Of a stretch of 64,000 bases of DNA, positions 40,803 through 57,208 are shown piece after piece (position 1 is the first letter of the stretch; every line of letters begins with the position of its first letter). This DNA comes from the human T2T-CHM13v2.0 reference genome, Homo sapiens. The notes below the pieces were generated by a model. That model was not told where the DNA came from and did not search any database. It was given only the letters and a program-made list of their open reading frames with translations. The DNA lies in assembly GCF_009914755.1 (NCBI RefSeq), contig NC_060934.1; one strand, 5' to 3'. The position numbers were made by a program, and so were the translations under genes.

Positions 40803-41008
40803 CATTGTATCCATCTTGGTTCAGGTCTCCTAAGTGTGCCATAGCACTACCGAATCTCCCAAACGTCTCGGTGCCAGTGAGGATCTGGGGGTCTCTGAAG
40901 AGGAGAGAGCTCACTTGCAAATACAGGTAGATTTGCCCTACTTCTCTGGGGTTGCTCTCAAATTCACGTTCCATAAAGAGAGGTGCCCCAACCAGGACAT
41001 CATCCAGT
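40803..41008 (-). CDS. ITGA8: ITGA8 coding exon (exon 12): (G)LDDVLVGAPLFMEREFESNPREVGQIYLYLQVSSLLFRDPQILTGTETFGRFGSAMAHLGDLNQDGYN(D)
   Basis: 206 nt, cag|A ... G|gtaat; phase 2-1; GAP and FG motifs, Ca2+ loop DLNQDGYND. Confidence 0.97.
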
Positions 41009-41411
41009 CTGTAAGGAACAAAGAAAGCAGCTCAGCACGCTAGCAGAGAGTAGAGTCACTTTGGGTTATTTGTAATCAACTAGACTAGTAAATTTCCATT
41101 GGTATTTTTCCTTTTCTGAGGGTTATTTTACAATCATCAGATTGCTTTCGCTGCTTTGTTATATCTATGGAATCGAATGCTGTAAGAAAATAAGAGCTGT
41201 TAAATTATCACACTGAACATTTTAGCTATGTTAAAAATGCTACTTTAAGGAAACCACAGATATTTTACCATTTTCAGCTTCTTAGTGCATTTCCAGAAAC
41301 TGTACTTGCACAAAGCAAACATATCAAGAAAGAACAAAATAGCTTTTTGTAAAAATAGATTAGAGTTTGTCTGCAATTAATATGACTATACATTTAAATT
41401 ATTCAGTTTTT

Positions 41412-41718
<307 letters not shown>

Positions 41719-42324
41719 AATTATTCAGTTTTTAATGCAGTAATGTTTAAAATCAATTTTGTCCTTCCCTTTCCTTTTGTTAGCTCAATTTAAATAAAAC
41801 AGAGATTAGAGAGGTATATCAAGCTGGCTAGAAAGGTAGCAAACAACTTTTCAGCCCAAATAAAAATTTGAATTCTTTGGATACATAGATTATAGCAAAA
41901 AACTAATATGTAATTTTTAAGGTTAAAAAATTTTCAAGAGATATTCAAGCAAATTATTTAGAGATAAAGATATAACCACCTGGAGAAAAAATAAAAAAGT
42001 GGTTACAGGTATTTCCTTCACAGAGCCAGATGGGCAGGAAGAGGACTAGAATGGGAAACTTCACTATAAGCCTTCTAAGTGATTTGATTTTTTAAAAAGG
42101 TATAATGTATAATTTCTGTTTTAAAATTTTACAAGTCACACCAACCAAAAATATATAATTTGATCTAAATTAATGGCCTCTATTAAAGTTTGTCTGCAGA
42201 TACAGTGTCTTGGCAAATGCAATAATCTCAAGAGTGACCTGGGGCAGGAACATATATTTGCATTTGACTTTTATGCCTATGTAGATTAGGCAATATGCTG
42301 AAGTTTGCCAAGCAAACCGATTAA

Positions 42325-42545
42325 AATATTATTAATATAATTGAGTTATAATATTCATGTATATGAATGATATATAATAATGTATATTAATACATTAATG
42401 TATGAAATATATAAATTGAGTATATTATAAATATAAAGGTCAAGAAACAATACTATATTAATATACAATATATTAATATACAAAAATTAAGATATATCAA
42501 TAACAATAACATAAAATCAATAATATGTATAAAAATATATCTTAC
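42325..42545. repeat. AT-rich low-complexity tract
   Basis: Degenerate TA/TAA runs. Confidence 0.7.
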
Positions 42546-43144
42546 TAACAGATTCCATATCAAGTGGCTCATACACATCTTTGATATAGTTTATATCAAA
42601 AGTCAGGGATGAGGTGGGAACAGTTACTGAGAACAAGAAACTTTCTTCAAGATCTGAGCAGTCTACAAGACACTCCAACATCACTCTAACCTACCCTCTC
42701 TCCAATTTCTGGCCTGCCTTGTGGTGTTTATCTATTGTCTTCAGTCTGAATCAAAAGATATCCCGTGTACTTCCTATGTTTAAGGTACTTTGATAAGTGG
42801 CTTTAATGCAATGATGACTATTAGGTCAACCAATTCATTCCCTAATAACTTACAAATGAGGTTAAATGACTACTCATATTACTATAAACATGGCAGATGG
42901 GGAAAAATAATATGAGACAATGAAATTAACGCTGGGTATCCTGGACCAGGGAGAGGCTGGGTGCTTGGAGGGAACTAAGGAAGGTTCCATGGAGGAGATG
43001 GCATTAGACCTGGGTGGGATCCCAAGGTGGGCTCTCCAGGTGTAGGTGTTGTGAGCCAAACCAAGTGTCCCTGAGTAGAGTGAGGGTAGAGTGAGTGTCT
43101 AGACATGCTTGGTGCTAGGGGCATTCCAACTAATTTATTGTAAA

Positions 43145-44210
<1,066 letters not shown>

Positions 44211-44255
44211 CACACACCTGGGTTCATGTTTTAGGCAACCTAACAGTGTGCATAA

Positions 44256-44645
44256 GTTACTATGCTTTTAATGTGTCCCTCAAATTTCATGTATTAGACA
44301 ATTAATCTTCAGATGCATATATTAATGGCATTTGGAGGTAAAACTTTTAGTAGGTAATTAGGATTAGATAAGGCCATCAAGGTGGAGCCCCAAAATGTGA
44401 CTTGTGGATTTATAAGAAGAGGAATGGAATACAGAGCTGGAATGTTCTTGCCCCCCTCAACATGTGATGCCTGGCACCACCTCAGGACTTTGCAGAGGGT
44501 CCCCACCAGCAAGAAGGCCCTCATCAGATGCGGCCCCTTGACCTTGGACTTCCAGCCTCCAGAAGTATAAGAAATAAATTTCTTTTCTTTGCAAATCATC
44601 CAGTCTCCGGTATTCAATTATAGCAACAAAAAACAGGCTAAGCCA
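44256..44645 (+). mobile_element. MST-type MaLR LTR
   Basis: gggtccccaccagcaagaaggccctcatcagatg, ccttggacttccagcctccaga, tatagcaacaaaaaacaggctaag. Confidence 0.75.
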
Positions 44646-47289
44646 TGTATTGCTTTAACATAGAAACTTTTCTGTTTCTTTTTTTTTCCCAGTAGTACAC
44701 TTCCATGCTAATGCTCATGACTAATATTCAGAATTTAGTTATTTATTAAAAGAATACAGATTAGTGGACTATATAGTAAATATCAAATCAACCTAATTGA
44801 TAGGCAAGAGCTAACATCACTTCAATTACATTACAGAAATTAATCTACAACCTCTTTATGGTTTAATTTTTTAGAGTTTTCTACTAATTGAATCATAATG
44901 ATATATCCTGTATGAATGAACATACTTGGGCTAAATCTAGCATAAAAATATAGCTCCCTAAGCTGTTTCCTTTCAATTGGATTTTTCTGTAAATTATTCT
45001 CAAGTTAACCACTAAGAATCTGTTTAAATTTGGCTCCTTTTGGTCCTGCAGAGGTTAGAAACAATGGTAGTGCAGAAAGTATCCAATGGATTAAATTGTA
45101 ATTCAGTGAATTTCTGAAGTAGTATAACTACTATAACACTCAAAAGCCGTAAGAAAAAAAAAACATATTTGCTTGTTTAGGCACGAGATGAAAAATACCA
45201 TCTCCATTTGTTGTTAACAGGTTTGTTCAGAAATTCCTAACAAAGCTTACATTGACGGAGTTTGTAGTACTGGAAGTCTTGAGATAACGAAACTGAAGAT
45301 AATTTCCCCAGCTTGTTTATATTTTCAAAACTGTCACAGGCTTGACAGTATTAACCATCAACCAGCATGCACACAACTGTTAAGTCTAAATGTTTGCAGT
45401 CCACTCAATCGTACTTGGAGATTTTTCTTAACAGAAAAATATCAGGGAAAATTTCCACCAGTTAACTTATCTGGTCACTTATTGACACTTTTTTTTTTTT
45501 CGTGATGTTGAGATTTTGGAGCTCTTTTAGGGACCTTGTTTTTGTTGCCTACTTTTCAAAGAATACATGTTTTCCAACAATGTCTACTAGATAGCCTTGT
45601 GTACAAATGTACTTAACTATCTCCAGCTTGGGGAAAGGAGAGTCTGGTTCAAGCCCATAAATGTGTGCGTGCAGGGAAGTCCTCACTTCTGAACCATGAG
45701 CAATGACCTAGCCAAGTGATTTTTTAAACCCTATGAAATATATTATATATATCACCATTGTTGTAATTTCAGACTTCACTTGAGTTGTCTATCTGGCATC
45801 TTTCTTTGGCCAATCTCAATTACTTCCAGAGCATAGTTATATATAATAGGACCCTGAATTTACATAGCGTCTAAGTAATTAAAAACAGCAAGTGATATAC
45901 TGAGAATCTGTGGGCACCTTATCTTTATGAACGGCATTAGTAAATTAATGGAAATATCCTTCAATGCAGTCTAAAGAATTCAGAAAATACTACGTAATAA
46001 AAAAATAGTATGCATAGCAATTTTTAAGAACTTCAAGAAAGAAGAAATTATTACTTTATAACAGTTCTGTGTTTGTTACTACCATGTTGTTTCGATTAAC
46101 AGGAAGCCAATGAGGTCCTTTTCTCACAATTTGTTTTTTCCTTAACATGACAAATAAAAAGTACTATAAACATTCTCACAAAACTTTGCTATAGACTAGA
46201 ATGCGCATGTTTCCAGGAAGGACGGTGCCCTGCAGGGCATAAGGCGAAGCTTGGGCAAAGTCCTGAGGATTCAAAACAGGAGTGGCCTGTGGAAGAGAAC
46301 ACATGGAATGAATCCGTGCAGCAGGGGAAGAGCCCCTGGTGCTTGTTGTGTGGCCGTCAGTGGGAAGAAATGTGTCTGTGCATATCTGAAAGGCCACAGT
46401 GGGATTTTTTTTTTTTTTTTCCCTGATGTTGAGATTTTGGAGCTTTTTAAGAAACCTTGTTTTTGTAAGCGTTATGAAAACTGGACGGCATGCTATGTCT
46501 GGCCTTCAAGTTCTTTAGCTATTTTCTTTCCAAATGACTAAAAGGCTTTGATTACAATTACAGTCCACCTAAGTTGGAAATCTTGAATGACCGTCCTAAT
46601 AGCTACTTTATTTTTACAACTTAGATAACTGAAGATGAAGGCAATTTATTTTTAAATTAACTGCTTTCAGGATAAGATTGACATTCAACTATAACTTCGA
46701 AATACATGCAGAGAGCAAGCACTGCAATCTCCCTCCACTGCTATTGCTCATACAGAGTCATTCCACTGCCCTCCAAGCCACTGTCCTGCCTACCCTGGTG
46801 CATGGTAGTAGGGTTCCAGAAGGCTCTGTGACCATCTAGAGCTGGTAGACAGAGCACAGCTGATAACAGCGAAGCCTGAGCTGGTACTGCTCACCTGGAA
46901 TCCCCATGGCTCACAGGACGTTGTAGCCTTCTTGGAAATGGACTTGTTCTAGTCCATGGCAGAGTTTGTGTTGCACTGTGTGTGGCAGTTTGGAGTAAAT
47001 GCAGTGACCTGCACACCTTCATGATGCAGCTCCCCAGGGTTCACGCTCCACAGCTCTCTGCTGGTTCTTGAATATGCCTGGAGCTCCCACCTCAGGGAAT
47101 ACGCACCTTTTGCTCTTCCACAGGGAACACTCCTTCCTCCCTCCCTCCCTCTTAGATCACCATGGCTGGTCCTCACCTCCCTTAGGTGTTTCCTTAGCTG
47201 GACTCTTAACCCTGAGACCTTCATGATCTACCCAGTTGGGGATTGTATCCCTTCAAATACTCCCTATCTCTCCTCTCTATTTTAACAAG

Positions 47290-48200
<911 letters not shown>

Positions 48201-49313
48201 CTTTCGGTCCTTTTGTTTTCGTTGTCTCCACAGTACTTATAACCATCTAACATACTCTTTACTCATTTAATTTTTGTCTGTAGCAGCAACCTTCCTAACT
48301 CTAGTATAATCTTCATGAAGTTATGGATTTCTCTGCACCTAGAACAGTGCCTGTTAGTGCACAGTAGATGTTCGAGAAGTTTATGTTCAATGAAAGAATA
48401 ATAGAAAGATATTTCCCAGCAGGTACAAAAGGTATGAAATTTATCTCCAGTCAAATGCCATGATACAATTAACACAAAGTCCATTGACAGCTATATAAAG
48501 GTCACATAAAATATCTAGCAAAAGTATAGCTAAAGTGCTTAGCCCGTTGCCTAGAACAAAGTAAGTATTCTTCAGATATTTGCTTTCTGTGAAAATGTGA
48601 GATCCCTGAGAGTCCACATCTGTCTTATTCACCTGTGTATTCTGGGCACCAAGAACAAAGCCTGGAACGTGGTGTGTGATCCAATAATATTTTTGGGTGG
48701 ATAATTGATACATCTCAATCTAATGGTTTTTAATTTAATGATTCATTAATTTACCTGTCAGGTCCTTTTAGTGAATCAAAGAAGTGTTTAATCATAATTT
48801 ATTTTTGAAGTAATGACTTAAGCACAACCAAAATTCACCGTGCTGTTTGGTCCATGTTCAACTGTAATTTACTACTGTAATCTGAAAAATAACAATTTCG
48901 TCTTCTCCATGGCTGTTACATTTTTAAAGCAACTTAAAAATCCGTTTATGTGCAAATGTTTTGTGAATGTATCACATGCTAGGGGAAAATTCTAGGAGTG
49001 AAGAGAGATAGATGAATGTTCTCAATGGCTATGAATTTTGAATGGCTGAAGACTTTATAAAATTAAAAATAAAACGAAATAAAATAGTCCTCTTCTAGAA
49101 GCAGCAGATGTGGAAAATCTCCTTAAGGACAAAATCAGATGACAGAGAATTATTTAGTAGATGCATCTTCTTGTCTTGAACCAAAAAAGTTGAGAACAAG
49201 AGAGCCTCTATCTTGTTGAGGCAATAAGGAAGGGTGTATTTTGTGAAGGAAAAACATAACATCTTTATGGATGAATGTAATATATTGTATATGAGAGAGG
49301 TCTATAAACTTAC

Positions 49314-49366
49314 CCATCACTGTTAACATCTGATACGACAACGGTATATCCAAAATAAGATGCCAT
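49314..49366 (-). CDS. ITGA8: ITGA8 coding exon (exon 11): MASYFGYTVVVSDVNSD(G)
   Basis: 53 nt, cag|ATG ... GG|gtaag; phase 0-2; SYFGY FG-GAP motif. Confidence 0.96.
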
Positions 49367-49763
49367 CTGCAAAGGAAAATCAGGAGATGACATTTTGTGT
49401 CCAAAAAGTCATTTTTGTAGTCATGTCTCTATTATTCCTGAAAGATTCATCTCATTGTGGTACATTTTTGCATTGAAATTCATAGATTCTTCGAAGTGGC
49501 CAGGGTCTTTTTGCCTCATTTAGTCTAACCCCTGACCCAGTGAATAATTTTCCCCATAATAACCCTGACATCTGCTTGGACATCCTCTGGGGATGTTCAA
49601 CAATCAGCCCATTTAATCTGTGGACACAGCTATCGGAATGTTCACTGCTAAATCTGGCTCTTCCATAACTTCTAGCACTTAATCCCACCAAGTTCTGCAA
49701 TCTTGAATCTCACAGAAGGAATCTAATTCCAATTCCATATGATGTTGTATGAAAATATTTTCA

Positions 49764-50049
49764 GGCTGGGTATGGTGGCTTATGTCTATAATCCCAGCAT
49801 TCTGGGAGGCCCAGGCAAGAGGGTCACTTGAGTCCAGGGGTTCAAGACCAACCCTGGCAATATGGTGAGACCTCATCCCTACAAAAAATAAAACAGAATT
49901 AGCAGGGCATGGTGGCACGTGTAGTCCCAGCTAACTGTGGGGCTGAAGTGGGAGGATCGCCTGAGCCTGGGGAGGTCAAGGCTGCAGTGATCTGAGACTA
50001 CACAACTGCACTCCAGCCTGGGTGACAGAGAGAGACCCTGTCTCAAAAG
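49764..50049 (+). mobile_element. AluJ
   Basis: Diverged dimer with short tail. Confidence 0.85.
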
Positions 50050-50164
50050 ACAATATTGTCACTTGGTTCACCATCCAAACTCTCTGTGTTAGAGATATGA
50101 CATGTGGTACCAAAACACAGATGACACTTGTGAGTGCGCTGATGACAAGAGAAGAGTTAGGTAA

Positions 50165-50622
<458 letters not shown>

Positions 50623-51449
50623 TCTCCCCATTTTATCGCTGCAGTTTTTCTTTTTAAACCTATGTTTTTGGATTTATAATCTTTTCAGGATTTATGCTCT
50701 CACCAGATTTGACCCATAGTTTCAGGTTGCCAGTTTGCTTCCATAGTGTGCCATGCAATGTTTGAAGTGACGTAGCTTCCATCGTGTCCTCATTTAATGA
50801 ACATGCAATCCCTTAGAAAGCACACGCCCCAGGAGGCAGAGACTTTGGTCTGTTTTGTTTGCTGTTCTATCTGAACTTTCTGAGCAGTGTCTGGACCAAA
50901 GTAGGTGCCAGGTGCCAAATGCTCTTTGCAGAGAAAATGAATACATGAGTTAACAAGTGGCATGTAACAACTCAATTCTCACACCTCTTTTCTCTGTTCC
51001 AAACATAGATAGTGAAATTCTTTCTCTTGATGTGGTGGTGTGTGGCCTTTACTCAGAGGAATTTCATCATTTATGAAATTTCATCATTTATCACCTTCTG
51101 AGGTTCAGGATTACAGAACTAGGTGGTATTGAGGAGAGGAAGTTATAGAAAGACTAAATTTAGCAATGTTTAAAAAGTTTCTAATGATGAAAAGTAAACA
51201 GATCTGAGCAAAGGAGAAGCATTGCTAGATTCTCATTCACTTATTAATTACCACCACTTAGGAATAGTTGTTTCAAACAGTTCAATATCTATTCAACTTC
51301 CCGCTCATCTCAGTCTTATTTCTCCAAACCTTCCAAAAGAATATCAGGAGATATAAAATGCTTCGCTGAAAATTTCAGAGTAATAGACTAAAGCCCCAAA
51401 TTACAGCAAAAAGATGTCAAAATCATTTTGTTTATTTTAAAACCTGCTG

Positions 51450-51455
51450 GTTTCT

Positions 51456-51500
<45 letters not shown>

Positions 51501-51606
51501 GAGACAGTGGTCTCACTATGTTGCCCAGGCTGGTCATGAGCTCCAGGCCTCAAGTGATCTTCCTGCCTTGGCCTTCCAAACTCCTGGGATTACAGGTATG
51601 AGCCAC
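51450..51606 (-). mobile_element. FLAM/Alu left monomer with long poly-T
   Basis: Single monomer. Confidence 0.8.
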
Positions 51607-52963
51607 ATTTCTTTAAATACTGAGTTGGTGCTTCCGTCTAAAGGAAGCCAGTTGTGAACTGAATTTGTTTCTCCAGGCAATCGATTTTTCTCTCCTCTTC
51701 AAATTTAATTAACATGGTTAGTTTTAAATGTATTACTTCCACAGCTTTGTTCATATTTAGTTTAAAATTAAGTGCGTAGTTCTGTTTGTAAATAGTCACA
51801 TATAAGTTACAAACACAAGGAATTCATTTATTTTAAATTTGTCCTGCATTCAAACATGGAGGCCTGAATCTATATCTTACTGAAATAGAGACGCAATAGT
51901 TTATGATCATCATAAGCACACGTATTCGCATGCATCTCAAATTATAGAAGATTTAATGGCACATGGGAATTTAGTGGCTTTTGTTTGATCAAAAGGCAGG
52001 AGACAGGAAATGGGATGGAAAGGAATTAACATTTCTTGAGGAGTTGTTATGTGCCAGGGAATCTTCTAAGTAATCTACAATCCTTGATTTATTTCATTCT
52101 TAAAGGGAGCTTGGAAGATAAACATTTTATTCTTATTTTGCCAAGTGGCTCAAAGAGGTCAGATGATTTTCCTGTGGTCTCACACAGTTCATGAGCGGTG
52201 CAGTGGGAACTGGAAGTCTAATCTGTCAGCTGCAGAAGTCCAGGCCCTTTTTACAGTGACCTTCTTCCCATATCTTACATCAAAACCTTCAGGCCTTTAT
52301 AGACTATTGAAAGATTCATGTTAATACGAAACCACTTCCCATTGTTCTTAGAAAAAAATTCTTAATCCCAAACACCGCCCACCTCCCCCACCAGTCTCCC
52401 ATGAGTAGCCCCTGTCCCCTCCGTCCTCAGCTCCTACATCTCTCTTGCTTACAGAGACTGTGGCCTTCACTCTGCTCTTCACACATGTCTGGCTGGTTCT
52501 TGTTTGAAAGCCTTCTTGTTAGCCTTCCCTTGCCTGGAAGGTTCTGGATAAGATGGTATAGTTGGCTCTGTCTTGTCATTCACATCTCAGCCCAGACATT
52601 GGCACCTCAGAGGCCTCCTGATCACCCCATCCAAAGGCTTCCTTGCCACTTCCCTCCTGTCTTATATCACTCAGCTTTATTTTCTTTAAATCATGGTTCA
52701 CAATCTGAAATTATCATGGACATTTATTTGCTTGTTAATAAACTGTCCCTTCCTCTCCCTCCCCTGCCGCCTCACTGCTGCCTGAGAGCTGGGTGGGATC
52801 TGTCTGTCTGATGCATGATTGCATCCCCGGTGCCTAGGACAGTTTCCAGTACGTAGTAGCTGCTCATTAAATATTTGTCAAATGGATGAATAACTGATAT
52901 GAATATTATAGTCTACTGGTAACCCAGAGTGATTTTATTTATTTGATATTAAAATGTCTCTAC

Positions 52964-53020
52964 CTGTTCTCCCGTGAAATTCTGAATAAACGTCATATCC
53001 GTAGAGTTAATGATGGAAAC
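52964..53020 (-). CDS. ITGA8: ITGA8 coding exon (exon 10): VSIINSTDMTFIQNFTGEQ
   Basis: 57 nt, cag|GTT ... CAG|gtaga; phase 0-0; two N-glycosylation sequons (NST, NFT). Confidence 0.95.
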
Positions 53021-53552
53021 CTGAAATCACAGAAATTAAACAGGTTACACCATTTGCCATAGAATTGGAGCCTTTTTTAAAAACTACAACTTGAATCATT
53101 TAAAATTTTTTGTAAAGTGTGATAAATGGTTAGCTAAATGTAAAACAAAAATGAAAGCCCACGGAATGATCTTATTTAAAAAAAAAAGCCGATTAAAGTT
53201 TTTGTTTATGGTTAAGTCTGGGATGCTTTCAGAAAAAACGCACGCTTATTAATCTGAACTGGAGAAATAAAAGTTGAATTCAAGAATACTGAGAGCAATT
53301 AACTTGATGATTAGTTGATTTAGTCAGGATTTTTGTCCAAATCCATTTCTGTTCTTATTCTATGATAAATTGATCATTATGGTTCTTTGCAAGAAAAATT
53401 AGATTTTAAAATGCTATCCACATGGCAAAAATATTCCTTTTACTTCTACTTAGACAACCGTGATGCTTTCTAGATACTTTTGTAAAAGATGAACTTTATT
53501 TAAAATGTTTTTCTTTCAGAAGATCTATTTATTTGCTTTTCCTAATTTCATA

Positions 53553-53993
53553 ATAATGGGTTTGAATAGTAGCACCCCAAAATTTCATATCTACCCAGAA
53601 CATCAGAATAAGACTTTATTTGGAAATAGGATCTTTGCAGATGAAATTAGTTAAGGATCTCAAGATGAAACCATCCGGGTAGGCTCTAAATCCAATGACT
53701 GATGTCCTTATCAAAAGAGGAGAAGACACATGTAGACAGAGAGGGCAGAAGGCCACATGAGGATGGAGGCAGAGACTGGTGGGATGTTGCCACAAGCCAA
53801 GGAATGCCAGGGACCATCAGGGGCTGGAAGGGGGCACAGAGAACCCTCCTATCATAGATGCTCTGGTGAGAATATTGTCCTGCCCACAATTTGATGTCAG
53901 ACTTCTGGCTGCCAGAACTGTGAGTGAATAAATTTATGTTGTTTGAAGCCAGGCAGTTTGTGATTCTATGTTATAGCAGTCATGGAAACAAAT
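53553..53993 (+). mobile_element. MLT1-type MaLR LTR
   Basis: ttatttggaaataggatctttgcagatg, gccacaagccaaggaatgcc, cagaactgtgag..aataaa. Confidence 0.8.
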
Positions 53994-54471
53994 AATAAAT
54001 TTAAAATTAGTTAAATTTATAATAAAATAATGCAATTCATTAAAATAACTGAAATAACAATTGCTTTTATTTCTATTGTATGAGGCGTATTAAGTTGCTG
54101 ATCATAACCATGGCATCCTCCACAATTATTCCCGGATTATACCCACAGGTAGGACCAGCCTTGTGGGTATGTGACTTGTGCAGTCACACAGGACCCTGTG
54201 CTTAGATGGGTCTCACCCTTGGTTTAATGGTCTGCTGTTCATGTCCTGAAATTTTTAATAATTTATGAACAAGGGGTCTGTGTTTTCATTTTGCACTAGG
54301 TCTCATCAGTTAAGTAGCTGCTCCTGCACATGGATCAGAAGAAATCTAATCTGACTTATTTTCCTTCCTTTTCCGTAAGCAAGCAGCATGAATCGGGAGG
54401 AAGAACCCCTTCATAAAGGAAGTTTTAAAAGACTTAAAATTTGCATAAAATGAAACATTTCTTTGCGTATA

Positions 54472-54798
54472 CAGATGGTCCTTCAATTATGATGGTTCAA
54501 CTGACAATGGTTCAAAAGTGATACACATTCTGTAATAATCATACTTTGAGTTTTGAGTTTTGATCTTTTCCCAGACTAGCAATATGCGATATGATGCTCT
54601 TACTTGAGATATGAACACTTCATTATACAATAGGCTTTTGCCTAAGTGTGGGCTAATGTAGGTGTTCTGAGCATGTTTAAGGTAGGTTAGGTAAGCTATG
54701 ATGTTCGGTGGATTAGGTGTATTAAGTGTGTTTTCAACTGACAGTATTTTCAATTTATGATGGGTTTATTCAGATGTAATTCCATCAAGGAGCACCTA
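54472..54798. mobile_element. Tigger3 (MER7/Golem)-like TcMar MITE
   Basis: Terminal inverted repeats cagatggtccttca / tcaaggagcaccta; TA on both flanks. Confidence 0.7.
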
Positions 54799-54842
54799 TA
54801 CAAGAAAATACCCTATTCCTGTAATGCATTCTCAGTACTCAC

Positions 54843-54886
54843 ATATCCAAAATTCTGTGCTCCTCTTGGAATTCCAGCAACCAATT
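54843..54886 (-). CDS. ITGA8: ITGA8 coding exon (exon 9): (E)LVAGIPRGAQNFGY
   Basis: 44 nt, cag|AA ... TAT|gtgag; phase 1-0; the preceding exon lies outside the window. Confidence 0.93.
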
Positions 54887-55006
54887 CTGGGGATGAAAAT
54901 AGCCATTTAGAAGGGGAATTACTCACACACACAAACACACACACACACGCCATATACTAAAAGTGGTAAAGACAGTGCTTGTAAAATGAGTGGCTATCAT
55001 ACAGAG

Positions 55007-55373
55007 CAGGGGTCCCCAAGCCCCAGGCCATCAACCAGCACCTGTCTGTGGCCTGTTGGGAGCCCGGCCACACACACAGTAGGAGGTGAGCCTCAGGCGA
55101 GCCAGAACGAAGCTTCATCTGTATTTACAGACACTCCCCTTGCTTACATTACAGCCTGAGCACTGCCTCCTGTCTGATCAGCGGTGGCATTACGTTCTCA
55201 CCAGAGTGAGAACCCTATTGTGAACTGTGCACACAGGGGATCTAGGTTGCACGCCTCTTGAGAATCTAACTAATGCCTGATGATCTGAGGTGAAACAGTT
55301 TCATCCCAAAACCATCCCTCACCCCCACATCTGTGAAACCAGTCCCTGGTACCAAAACGGTTGCGGATTGCTG
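55007..55373. mobile_element. MER1 (MER1B-like) hAT-Charlie element
   Basis: caggggtccccaa ... ggttgcggattgctg termini; degenerate 8-bp TSD at(ac/gt)agag. Confidence 0.75.
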
Positions 55374-55468
55374 ATGTAGAGGGTTGGAAGTTTGAAGCCA
55401 GGGCTTTGCGTTTACTGTTCCATTAGCTTTTGTTTCTTCTCCAGATAATAGAAAACAGAAAAACAGAA

Positions 55469-55498
55469 GTCATACTTTGTCATACTTTGTCATACTTT
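55469..55498. repeat. (GTCATACTTT)3 tandem repeat
   Basis: Three exact 10-mers. Confidence 0.9.
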
Positions 55499-56288
55499 AT
55501 GTCTTCATTACGAGTCTCTCTGTACTTCGGTCTCTAATTCATGAATCTGGCTTCTTGAGTCTGCGTGTGATTTATAAATTAGACTTCTTACTCTGATTCT
55601 TCCAGCTTTTACTATAGTGACATCTTTTGTACTAGTATAAAAATTACAGTTCTGGTTCCGTCTCAGAGTCAAGGGAGGGAATGGGTGCGAAGCAGAGAGG
55701 GGAGCCTTGGACAGGGACGTGGATGATTCATCTACAGCAGTAGGAGGGCAGGGGAAGCATGCTCTTGAATCATAAAACAGGGTTCAGAAAAACTAAGCAA
55801 TCTGGAGAGACTGCCAGGAAAGTTGACGGAACTGGTAGTACCCTGTCCAGTTTTCAATAATCTTTATTTGGTATAAATTAAGTTCTCCTGACACTAAAAA
55901 CAAACCACAATCAGATATAATAGGGTTGACTGATTTCAGGGTCAGGCCTGTGGGTGAGGACAGATTCTAGAGGATTGGGCCATTTGAGAAACATGGCAAC
56001 CACAACTTCTCCCATCCCACAAACATCGGGAATTTTGTTTTTAAAGTATCAGTCTCCCACCCAGTAACTGTGAAGTCTGAAATCTCATGTGACCACAACT
56101 CTAAGGAGTTATTAAATGTAATATTGAGTAAAGATGCTCCTAATTTTTTAATAAGTGATCAGGACAGCTTAATTGCTTGGGGTCTAAGGCAAGTTTGAAC
56201 TGTCACTCAACTACAAAAAATATTCAGTTGGAAGAAAAAATAGGAGACTTTTCCTTTTCAATAACTCAAGGTGAAATCTTCAGAAGGT

Positions 56289-56647
<359 letters not shown>

Positions 56648-57208
56648 TGACCTAGGAACACATGACTTGAGTAGCATCCTGACTAGTGAGAAGCAAAAAT
56701 ATTTCCTTCATTTGCAGCTTAGAAAGGTTCTATCACCATTGAACTCATAGTTGGTGAGTAGTACAAGTCAAAAATTGACAGCAAAGTCAACATTCTTTCC
56801 AACACATCAAATTACATTCCTGGAATTGGTTAGGAACAGATTACTTTCTTGGGTTTTAGCTCACTACACCTCACTCTAAAGTGACAACAAAGGCTCTTAA
56901 CCTTTTTTGAGTCATGAACGTGTATGAAAATTGGAAGAAAGCTATGGATCCTCTCACAAGAAAAATTATACACAATTAAATATTGTATGTAATTTTTAGG
57001 GGTTCCGATCCAGTGAGGCCTATGCATGTCCCACCTAGCAGTGTGAGGATCCATATTAAGAACCCATCATCTAGAGGACATTGAAGTGCTCACTGTTTTT
57101 TTAAAATAGAATTCTCATTCCCTGTTGTCTAATTAAGTAAATCATGAACATGCACAGTCCTGGATTTGTAGTGGTCTGGTGAGCTGATTGCGATGTTCCT
57201 TGATAGTG

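Noticed and set aside
40681-40974. 97-aa ORF MEREFESNPREV.. as a standalone gene (similarly 37952-38191, 1624-1971 and 154-396)
   Set aside because: These are ITGA8 exons read through into intron; integrin similarity stops exactly at the GT-AG boundaries
52401-52811. 136-aa plus-strand ORF
   Set aside because: Lies in pyrimidine-rich, L2-like ancient repeat sequence; low-complexity Leu/Pro/Ser peptide
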